Source: Podarcis muralis (taxonomy: Eukaryota). Taken from it: a stretch of DNA of 64,000 bases. Below, one piece after another: positions 37,143 through 48,168 of this stretch. A program made the position numbers and the translations under genes. Within the stretch, counting starts at the first letter, position 1. Every line of letters starts with the position of its first letter. The notes under the pieces are model-generated. The model did no database searches, was not told where the DNA came from, and saw only the letters and a list, made by a program, of their open reading frames with translations. The stretch spans positions 22,010,001 to 22,074,000 of the forward strand of contig NC_135667.1 in the NCBI RefSeq assembly GCF_964188315.1, read 5' to 3'.

Positions 37143-40100
37143 TGTTTGAAGCTTGATCATACATTTGGAAGTTATCTTCTCTGATAAACTGTTACTAGTA
37201 CTGCCCATTATCTAGCTATTGTACAAAAGCCACTGTACTTAATGCCCCACCTTTTCCCCTGACAGGGACTCTGAGGCAAATAATTACAGACACAAACCAG
37301 TTACTTCTTCAGCAACTACCTACAAGATTAACAAACATTTCAATCACATGCTAAACCTGGTATATAGTCGTTAAATCGTAGGCACATTCCTCTGAATTCC
37401 AGCTAAAGCCATTCACTTTTCAACTGTACAGTTTGTGCAGAATACTCACCCTCCTGAGACGAAATCTTCCCTTCTGGACATGGGATGCAATCATAACAGC
37501 AAAATGGCTCCCCATCTTTCACTCTTTTCCTAGTTCCGGGATGGCACCGCTCGGTACATAAGGAAAGAGGCTGAGACTAATCCATACATAAGAGCCCAGA
37601 ATAGTAATTTTGAGAATTTTGAGATTAGAATATTGAAGCCAACTTTTAGGTATTCTTAAGTTACACTTCCTTTCAGTAAAGTATCACCAATTGTGCTAGC
37701 AAGTGCAATATTTTTTAATCAACATGAGAATTATAGTACAACAGACTGTTAAGAAACCATATTCTGGAAAGGATGGAGCTTGATTAAGGGCATAGATTGT
37801 GATTCCTTGTATATATAAACCAGATTTCGTTTTTATACTTTTTCCAAACAACTTCTCAATTAATATAGACAGGAATATCTTATCCATCCATCCACTGTAA
37901 TTTTTCCATTTTCTAAAAAGTTCCAAACCAGACTCTCAGTATTTTATTGGATTTCCTTATTTATAATTAATCTAATTTTAGACATCAGGGCAGAGTGCTA
38001 GTGCTTACTCAGAACCAGGTGTCTTACTCAAATGGGTGACCATTGAGACTTACCTGGTTAAAATGGCTGGGCCAAGTTATGGAATCCCTATTGATGGTCA
38101 ACTGTTGGTTGGGATCAACATTCCCAACCTTCACTCTTTGAAATGATTGGTTTGAGGAAACAATCCAGTTGATCACATCAAATCCAGCCACTAACTCTCC
38201 ATTCTCATCAAAGGAAATCTTGTCGCCACCGCTGTTGTTAAACAAGACACGTCTGAGAAAAATATGTAGCTGGTTTGAGGGGGTGAAGGGAAGAGTTGAG
38301 AAAAGGCTGCAGTTGGATCATTGATAGTAAAGTCATACCCTGTTTATGGTTTTTGGGTGAGAAGGTATTTGCGTGGACAGGCGGAGTCCCCAGATCCCAA
38401 GCGGTCTCTCCCCCCCCCCCCGTCATGTGGAATAATGACTCAAGACAACGTGCTATGGGATTAAATTGGCCACAACTTTATTAAATTTCAAATGTGGGTA
38501 GACCTTGGCTCAGGCATTGGGCGTTCTCCCTCCCCAGTCACCAGCCGGGGACCTAGGGAGCTTCAGGATTATCCAGTGTGTGTGTGGGGTGGGGATGGGC
38601 CGGCTCTGGAGAACATATGTTCAAGCAGAGATAGCCGCCCCCGTTACGCCACCGCCACAGGGGAGAGCAATGACAACCTTTCGGCGTACAGTCAAAGCCT
38701 CCCTTCAGAAACTCCTTTAATGGGGAACCCTGGTATCGCCGCCGCAAAGAGGAAAATGGACTAAAGGATTCCACCCAAGGCCTGATACCACCAAAGTTGT
38801 GACGTTTTGCAACGGGAAAGGCAAAACCTGCCAATGCAGGGAAATTCCTTTCCGGCCCTTTAACAGTGACCTTAACGTAGCAGCGCCCACATACCTGTGA
38901 AGATAAGTTAACTTGCAAAACCTATGAAGAAAAGTTAACCTGCAAAAGAAGACATTAACTGAGGGTGGGTAGGGTCGGAGAAGCTCTGGAGCCAAGTGAG
39001 GATTCCCAGGTAAGATCCTCCCTCTATTGTGTGGGCAGGTAATCCCTCCCCTCCCTGGCCTGGTCTCCTTGGCAATGCTTCTCCCAGGTGGGATTGGACA
39101 ACTGACTGAGGTAGGAGGAGACCTCCAGGTATCCCACCTGAGGGAAGGCAAAGCCAAGCCTATGCTGATGGGGCTGCTCCAGATCTAGGGCTGCGTGCAT
39201 CCACGCAAAGGGCGCCCCCCGTTTTAAGCGGGGAGCGGTCATTATGATAAAGAAGCTCACTCTTTGTAATTCAGAAAAGGAGCAGCAGATTCTAATAAAT
39301 TGACTTTAAAGCACATTAGGTTCTGAAGCTTCTGTTTCTATATTTTTCAGAGTGTTGAAACACGGTTAATGTTTCAATAGTTAATTAGGCCAACACCATT
39401 TTAGTTTGTGTTGACTCAGTGAGAAAATGACCAACTTCTGACACCAGAAAGTATTTTATTTTATTTTTTTAAAAAAGTGATTCAAGTGCCTAACTCATTA
39501 ATGTATATGCACCCACTCGGAAGGTAGCATTGCAAAATACAACAAAAATATATATAAGATGAACATATAGAAACCTCACTCTTTGTAATTCAGAAAAGGA
39601 GCAGCAGTTTCTAATAAATTGACTTTAAAGCATGTTAGTTTCTGAAACTTCTGTTTCTATTTATTATTATTTTTAAATAAAATATGTGACTTCAAGGGGT
39701 ATACATATTCATGTAGATCTGCTCCCAGAAGGCCTGGTCCAGGCTCAATAATTTAACAGAATGAATTAGATGCACCAAATTCATAACAGAATTTCTACCT
39801 ATCACAAAATAGGGAGCTGGGCTTTCACTAAAACTGCCATTAGCCCCAGTCTGTGTACAAAGTGGTCTGGGGTGATGGGAAATGTAGTCAAACAAAATCT
39901 GGAGGGTGCAACCGGTTGGGTTAACCTGGCTGATTGAGAGAATCAAATAGTAATTTAGAAATCATCCAGTAATTTAGGAAACGGAAAGGAAGAAGTGTTA
40001 TTAAAGCGATATATGTTATATATCTTAGGTTGGGAAGGAATTGGGGACACAGTATTTATGCAAATTAAAGACTATTATAGTACATTTATGGTGCTCTGCC

Positions 40101-43100
40101 TCTTGACAATGTTGAGCATGTTACCTGCCACAATTGTTGATTTTGGTACTTCCATTGACCTCTTCTTTCCATTGCTTGATATTTGAATCTAGTTGAAGAC
40201 ATGTAATGCAAAGCATGGGCTACAGCGCAGACAGCATTGTAGATGCTGTAGCTGTGGCCATTCATGGTCTTCTCAAAGAATGGAGCAGGAAGGCTCTCTA
40301 GTTTCTCCTCCCCAGTACAAATATTCCCCATCACATCTTCCACATTTGGATCTGCAAACACACAGTCAAAGGCCTGTTGCCAGAAGTCTCTGATGAAACC
40401 ATCTCCGTTTGTGCTTAAAGGATTTTTGCTCTCAACAAATGCTTTGAATGCTGGTGTGTCATTGGAATGGATTGTGAAGGACAGGACACCATGGAATATT
40501 TCTGTGTCCCAATTCTTTTGATAGAGCTGTGAAGTGAGCTCCATTGCAGCTGTTGTTATCCACACTATACCTTTTGGTAGACTTGGTGGATGTTCTGCAA
40601 AATACGGAATCCATCTTAAAATCACCATGGAATAAGAGTCACCATAAAACACAACCACACTGGCTGTACTATTCAGAAGTTCATTATGTATTTTTAATCC
40701 ATCTTCAAGAATTTCATCAAATTCAGAGGCGGACATAACCATAGGGATTCTTTTTATAAAGTCAAAACAGACACCTCTCTGGGAAAATTTTGGCAAAACA
40801 GTTTGCAAAAACATTTCACCATTTTCATTATCCATTACTAGTACCCCAATCCATATCCATTTGAAATAAAGAAGCAAAGAGAGAATTCCTGTGTATTGAA
40901 GTGCTTGATGAGGAACCATCTGGTAGAAAGAAATTCCTGAGTTTCCATCTGTTTTCAATGGAGCAGAGCCATATATGAGCTAAAGGGATTTTAGGGGAGA
41001 GAAAGAAAAGATGTAATAATAGAATGCATCTTGCATATTGAAGCTTTCAAAACCATTCATGGAAATTGGAAACCAGTGCTTTCACCTCTGCTGATGGAAG
41101 CCAACTATAGACTCTCATAGAATTGAAGAGTTGGAAGGGACCCCAAGAGTCATGTAGTCCAAGCCCTTGCAAAACAAGAACATCTGCTAAGGCACCTAGG
41201 ACAGATGGCCATCCACCAGAGCATGAATTCTCACAATTCCATCTCCAGGAAGAATGAAATATATCTGTTATAGAGGATTGGGGACCGCACCCCAGCAGAT
41301 ATTTTCTAGTTTGAGGGCAACAGGAAGCAAAAAATTGCAAAAAAAACCAAAACACCAACACCACCCCACACCGCCCCGCTCCAATTTTCAATGATGAATT
41401 GATTTGTCAGTGAATTCCACCCATACATTATATTAGCAACTCTTAGAAATACAACGTCAGGTACTGAATTTGACTATTCCAATGCTCGAGTTAGGCATTC
41501 ATGGCTGGAAGAATATACAATGATCAATAGCCATCAAGTGGATTTATGCACTGAGAGGAAATGCACTGAGGATTTCCTTGTTCAAAGTTTGCATCTATAA
41601 TTGCTTGATTACAGCAACATTCTCAGAGCAAAATTCTTATTGACACATTATTTGACCAATGAGAGCAGCGAAATAATCAGACTGCACAACGGTTATAGGA
41701 TAAAATCAGACCAAATTTTGATTAACATCAGCAGGAAGGGTAATATTTGGCATGCCATTAGTGACAGGATCAGTTCATATTCCACAAGCCCCATGATGAT
41801 GGAACGGATCCGCTGGATTTGGACCAGCCCAAGCCCATCCCATGGGTGTTGGCCAGGGTTCAACCTTGCTGTGGTGCAAGCCAAGCAATCAAGGTCTCAC
41901 TAGGTAACCAGGGTGGAGTTTCCACTCAGGCAGATACACAACCCATGTTTGGGCGTGCTGTGGTCAATCCTGCTCTCAGGCCTCTTATGGGGGTTCCCTA
42001 TACTATGTTGATCCTGCCTGATGCCATTTCCTCCTTCATACAAACAATGTTCTTCTGCCTAACGAAAAAAGGGACACAATTTCACTAAGGAAACATGAAA
42101 CAAACCCCAACCTAATGTGAATTAAGTTGAGAGAATAAAATTCATTTCCAGCCCTGTCAACCAGCACCCCCAAATTTCATTTTAAACTCCTCCTAAAATA
42201 AATACAGTAACACAAAGAAACAGCAGCACTTACTGTACAGCATCTTAAAAACCATATCAGGAACAGGAGCCTAAAACTCGGTTTGCATGAGGGATTCATA
42301 AAAAAGGAAGTCACATTATTTTCAAAGCACATATTAATGTCTTGAAATAATAGAATAGGAAGTGTGGAGGGTCACACAGAGGGAGGGAGGGAAAGAGAAA
42401 GCAGAGTTGACCTACCTGTGGAACCTTATACTTATTCAAGACTGTTGCCACATTGACGGAAATTTGGGCATCCACTCCCCCAATGACTGCTATTAGATCT
42501 TTCTGTTGCTCACATACGTAGTTAGGGATAAATCTCTCCTCTGTGGATAAAAGTAGCATTGTAGCATGATATGTCCTCCTTGCATTGAAATAGCTGTCAT
42601 AGATGTGGAAGCCCAAAGTGAGATTGGGTAAGAGGTGAGGGTTTTCATTGATCTCTTTGACTGTGAAAGCCAAAGCCAGGATGTGCTGGTAATGCTTAGG
42701 GACTATGCTGAAAGAAGTGTGAGATTCTTTTTCAGAAGGATATTCCATACTTAGTTTAGTTATTATCACTGTGTTCTGTGTCTCCTTTATTAACAATCAA
42801 TTATTACAGTATTTATATATAAGGTGAGAATATTTATAAGGTGGCCTACATAAATATAAAAGATTAACTATGTCACAAGTCACATTTACTACAACAGCAA
42901 CAATAGCAACTATTTATTATTTATATCCCACCCATCTGGCTGGGTTTCCCCAGCCACTCTGGGCGGCTTCTAACAGAATATTAAAAGCGCAATAAAACAT
43001 CAACCCTTATAAACTTCCCTAAATAGGGCTGCCTTCGGATGTCATCTAAAAGTCAGATAGTTGTTTATTTCTTTGACATCTGGAGGGAAGGCGTTCCACA

Positions 43101-44187
43101 GGGCAAACGCCACTACCGACAAGGCCCTCTGCCTGGTTCCCCGTAATCTCATTTCTCGTAGGGAGGGAACCTCCAGAAGGCCCTCGGAGCTGGACCTCAT
43201 TGTCCTGGCTGAATGATGGGGGTGGTATACTGACTTCAGGTATACTGACTCGAGGCGCTCCAGAAACTCTCCATTCTGATTTAAGTAAGTTTTTAGATTT
43301 TAATAATTTATTTCATTATAAAGCTTATTTGAAAATAAAGTTAAAATATAACAAAACAGATGGGATGGTGTTTATTATTTTAAACTGTCATGGTGAAGAT
43401 GGAGCAGATTGGGGAGGCAATCCTATGGCAAGATCCCCCAGGATGAGCATTTTAGGATGCACAGGATCTCAGGCTCAATTACGCTCAGTTGGCCTTAAAT
43501 CCCCAATCCCAGTTCAGCTGAGCATATATCAGCATAATTTGGTCATCTCTACCAAGCTGACTGTGATGAAACTGGTTGAGCCAAGCTGGTCTAAGACTGG
43601 AAAAGGGAGCATTCCAGGAGCAAGGCAGAGGTGGAATCAGAGAGCGGAGACTTTGCTAGATCCTAAGCATGTCCAGCTTGGTCGTGTGACCTGGCAACCT
43701 GGCATAGTACATATTTTAAAGGCTTGTTTTCCCTCAGTCAGGTGTAGAAGCAGCGGCCTTTCTACTGAACAAGTTTAGATGTAGTGCAACTTTATGCTGC
43801 ATTAATTTATAGCATCTTACTTTACACTAGCTTTTGGTGAATAGGATTTCTCCCTAAGTTTTGTATTCAGTGGCTGCAGCTCTTGCACAAATTATCCCAG
43901 TGGAATTTTTTTATTATATAAAACAAATCAATATTTGGAAAGAAAAGCAAATAATCATTCAGGCTTTACACAAATGGTTCTGTCAATGTTGGCAGGGGTT
44001 CTTCCCTGAAGGCTGGTTCACTGACGACGACACCAGCATGATAAGCAATTCCACCAATTATGAAGTCTCCTTGTTGATGATATTTGTGAAGTGGAGGCTG
44101 TGGGTAATAAATATTGCACTGAACAGCGTGAGTCTGGCATCCCATTGGAGGAAGCAGAGCCAGCAGCAAAATGACTACAACCACCAT
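34251..44187 (-). CDS. Vmn2r: V2R gene 4, complete, 869 aa, X-type 7TM exon
   Basis: Exons 44187-43970, 42707-42416, 40979-40125, 38269-38054, 37576-37450, 35152-34251, in frame. Confidence 0.93.
35228..36358 (-). mobile_element. Solo-LTR-like element A, gene 4 intron 5 (with SINE inside)
   Basis: Same element and site as 46626-47365. Confidence 0.6.
35348..35703 (+). mobile_element. Sauria SINE inserted in solo LTR of gene 4 intron 5
   Basis: A and B boxes, ACCTTT tail, 11-bp TSD tattgcctagg. Confidence 0.92.
37101..37144. repeat. (CT)n(GT)n microsatellite
   Basis: Direct. Confidence 0.97.
37450..37576 (-). CDS. Vmn2r: V2R gene 4 exon 5
   Basis: 127 nt cysteine-rich exon. Confidence 0.92.
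38054..38269 (-). CDS. Vmn2r: V2R gene 4 exon 4
   Basis: 216 nt, [15 protein letters not shown]...WPSHFNQ. Confidence 0.92.
38370..39241 (-). mobile_element. Solo-LTR-like element B, gene 4 intron 3
   Basis: 872-bp GC-rich insert absent from genes 1-3 and 5; TG...CA ends; minus-strand AATAAAGTTGTGGCC about 100 nt from its 3' end; no clear TSD. Confidence 0.6.
40125..40979 (-). CDS. Vmn2r: V2R gene 4 exon 3
   Basis: 855 nt, open. Confidence 0.93.
41677..42085. other. Unclassified 409-bp insertion in intron 2 (second copy 53568-53975)
   Basis: Present in genes 4 and 5, absent at the same site in genes 1-3 (gcagcgaaataaggaaa). Confidence 0.7.
42416..42707 (-). CDS. Vmn2r: V2R gene 4 exon 2
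   Basis: 292 nt. Confidence 0.92.
42891..43263 (-). mobile_element. 3' fragment of another L2/CR1-group LINE, gene 4 intron 1
   Basis: Insert absent from the other genes; 3' UTR ending gggtgggatataaataataaat plus (TTG)-like tail. Confidence 0.7.
43970..44187 (-). CDS. Vmn2r: V2R gene 4 exon 1
   Basis: [20 protein letters not shown]...; 218 nt; donor gtaaag. Confidence 0.88.
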
Positions 44188-45648
44188 CGTCGGTACAGAA
44201 GTCTGAAGGCTGGAGTCTGAAGGCTGATCTGCACTGGATATATTTATGACAACCTTCACACTCTTTGCTCTCTGTTCTGCTAACAGCCAAAGAAGTTCCA
44301 CAGGGATTTGGTTGAACATAATAACAATTGGCAGTCCTTCTGACTAGCTAATTGTGTAGTTAATTATTACATTAACAACAATTCCTAAATGAAGGATGTG
44401 GAGTCCTTTAGGAATTAAGAAAAGTTGTTTGTCACGTATTCTGGAGAGAAAATTTCCCTCACACTTTAGTTAGATAGGAAGGCATGGTAAAGTTTGGAAT
44501 GACCCACAGCAAGAAGAGAACACTGGATTCAAATCTTTGTGGTAGGGGTTAGCAACAAGGTAGTCATGGATGCATTATGCCTGTGTCTGCTTCCTATTGC
44601 ATCATGACCGGTCTCAATAAATGCTCCCTCATAAATCCACATTAAAAAAGAGGATGTTGGTCAGGATATTGGGGGGGGGCACTTGAGAAGCATTAACTCC
44701 CTCAAAGCACCCCTTTTACCAGAGAGTTATGAGTTTGAATGCCAGCTATGAGACACTTTGTACGATGGACCTGTGATCCATCAAGCTATAGGCACTGACA
44801 GACCCCTATATGTATTCTCGTCTGGCTGCCTGCTGTCACCTGCTGTCACCTGTTGTCACTTGCTGAAGGGAGGAAAACCGGGAAATTCTCTATGGAGGGA
44901 GTTCCCAAATCTGTGTGTAGCCACTGAGTAGGCCCTCTCCTGCTTCGCTACCAAGTGAACCTGTAAGAATGGCAAGAACAAGAAAAGGACTTCCCCCAAA
45001 GATCTCAGAACCCGGGCTATTGATGCCATTAACAGTGCACATATGGGGGCAAATCATATGAATAAAAACTGACTCTTCGAAATAAAAATTCTTCAGTGCA
45101 AAAATATGGTTCAAAAGTTTTACTGCAGAATTTCATTCCAAAACAACTTGAAAAAAAGTTACTTTCAGATACCTGCATAATAACCTACACTTGTCCAAGC
45201 ATAGCTCACTTTACTTGGATTCCAATATACATATCTTCGAGTGCTAAAATTCCAAGCTTTGTCCTTCCTCCATTCCAGTCTCCATTAGGCTGAGGCTCTT
45301 TACTTGGAGAGAGATAAGCAAATAGACTTGTAAAACTAGAGCTTTCATCTGATTTTAAGCTAAACACCTTGTAACAGACAAGTTGAGATACAGCCCCACT
45401 TAATCTAAAACTGCTAAACTCTTCTCTCAGCTTTTTCTTAGCTTCAATAGAAGCGACCATGCCATGCTTCACAATCTAAATACAGACACATTACAGATTT
45501 ATTTTCCATTGCAGTGTACAATTAAACAATTTTATTTAACACAGGAGCTCACAATATGATAAAGGAAAGAAGATAACATAGCAGAACAAGCCAATTTTAA
45601 CCCCTTGTCTTGTGAACCCTATGTATGCATTCTATGCACTCAAATTCT

Positions 45649-46550
45649 TCAGGTCTTAGTTCTTGTTAGATGTTCCCTTTCATTCAACTCAGGCCGCAAC
45701 ACAATAACGTAGCATTTTGGTGCAAAGATGCAACCCAGCAGGCCAGCACCGGATGCTAAGATAGAAAAGATCTCCACAGCAACCATGTATTTTCCCTTGG
45801 TACTAATGTAGGTTGGAACAAAAGATACCCAAACACTGCAAAAGACCAACATGCTGAAAGTGATGAACTTTGCTTCATTGAAACTGTCAGGTAACTTCCT
45901 GGCAAAGAAAGCTACAGTGAAGCTGACAAGAGCCAGGAAGCCCATGTAGCTTAACACAGAGTAAAACATAGTTACGGAGCCCTCATTACATTCCAGTACA
46001 ATTTCTTTAGTGACTGAGTGCAAGTCGACATCTGGAAATGGTGGTGAAAATGCCATCCACACAGTACAGATGCCTGCTTGAATAAAGGAACAGGAAACCA
46101 CAATGGCAATAGCCAGTCTCTTCCCCACCCACTTCCTCATCCTGGATCCTGGCTTGGTGGCCATGAAAGCCAAAACCACTGTCATGGTTTTTGCCAGCAC
46201 ACAAGAAACAGCCACTGAGAAAATAATACCAAAAGCTGTCTGTCGGAGGAGGCACGCCACAATTTCAGGTTGTCCAATGAATAGCAATGCAGACAGGAAG
46301 CAGAGGAGGAGAGAAATTAGCAGCATATAAGTGAGGTCTTTGTTGTTTGCTTTGACAATGGGTGTGTGTTGGTGCTTCAAAAATGTTCCCAGGACCAAAG
46401 CTGTGATGAAGGAAAAAGTAAAAGCAAAGCAGGCTAAACTGATGCCCAGAGGTTCAACATAGGACAAAAAGGTTGTTTCCTTGGGTATACACGTATCCTG
46501 ATTATTATTTGGATATTTTTCTTCTGAGCATATATTACACTCGTTCATGT
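45649..46550 (-). CDS. Vmn2r: V2R gene 5 exon 6 (7TM, X type)
   Basis: ORF 45649..46548. Confidence 0.95.
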
Positions 46551-48102
46551 CTGAAAATGAAAATATGTGGTCTTAATCAGAGAAAGTGAACACATATTCT
46601 GTAGAAATCATGTCTACCTGAATTATGATGCGCCCCAGGCCCCAAAGCCCTTCCCCAGTAAATAACTTCAAACGGACACATAATTTTACTTTTAAGTTTT
46701 TGTGCAAAATTTAGGCAACAACTTTATTAAGTGATATTGTCCTAGGCATTGTTCAGGGACTATAACTGACTCCTGCCTCTCTGGCTGGCAGTCTGTAAGG
46801 GTAAACAACAAGCTGAGGGAGCAACATTGTTGAAGATCGATTGAAGCTCATCCCGGTGTTCCTGTGGTCCTGGCATGGCCCTAGCCCCTCAAGCGGACTT
46901 CGGACGAGATCCAGGACCCCCAGATTCCTTTACCGGAATACCCTATTTCTGGAGGGACAGGTGATGGCCACACCTCCCCTCCCACACATTTCTATAAACC
47001 AATGCCTAACCGCCAAACCTTACAAAGTTGTGACGATGGCTAAGGGGGTAGGCGAAAACCAAGTGGCTAAAGCCAATCTGCCAAATGGAAAAATTCCTAC
47101 ACAGACCCTGCTCCAAAGCAGGCAACCCAATCCAAATCAAGGCCAAAACAGTAGAACCTAAAATAGGGAGGAATGGCGGGTGTTCGGCAGCGCAAAACAA
47201 GTGCCCCACCCCCATTGTGCTGCTACATTTATAGGTCCCTGGGATCACGCCACTCGCCCCAATTGGCTCAAACATTCAAGCGCGATCCTGGGGTGCAATA
47301 GACAAGCCTTGGGCCATGCCTAGCAACAACACACCCTGTGGGATCCTTGATTTAGGAGGATCACATTTTAATGGCTATTTTTTTCATGTGTAATGATATT
47401 TGTATTCTAATGTACAATGTCATACATTTGATTACCAAAGTTTTCTGTCTTGTCTGGCGAAAGCCCTATTAAGTGGTGTTTGGAGTTTTAACTGACATCT
47501 GCGGGGAACATTGTATGTTAGAATAATCTGTAAGCAAAATAAGGCTAGGAGGTATGCCTGTTTTGTGTGGTATTGAAAGCGTTCTTTAAACCTTGCTGTC
47601 CCAGATAAAAACCTTACATTTTGACCACTAGACTACATAGATATTATTTTCACTTTATTAAAATGCTAAAAATTATTCACATAGAAAAATGCAAAGCATA
47701 GTAATTTTGAAAGTCCTCCTCTACTGGAATAAAAAGTTGCAATCCATTTTAAAGTCAATGGATTAAAAAATAGAGCAAAAACCCTAAACTTTTCTTTTTA
47801 TAAATTTCCAATTATTTTCGTCTGTACTGCTCTGTTTAGGTTGGTCATGTATTTTGCTCATTCTTCATTTCTGATTCCTTCTTTGTAAATTTCCATTTTA
47901 TCATGGAAATGTATTCGTATCATTGTGTGTTGTGTTAGATGAATAGATGGTGGGATCCAACTATCATAAAGAATTGGCCTCCTGCTTTTGCAACAATTGA
48001 AGGATCGAAATACTCTTCAAAGACTGGACCAAGTTAAGTTCATTCCTAAAACATTTTCTTTCAGGCTTATTGCCATTGATGATAAGTCAGAAAACCATTT
48101 TT

Positions 48103-48168
<66 letters not shown>

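Noticed and set aside
43200-43778. 192-aa plus-strand ORF
   Set aside because: Crosses an L2 fragment/intron junction, is not open in paralogous introns and has no recognisable domain.
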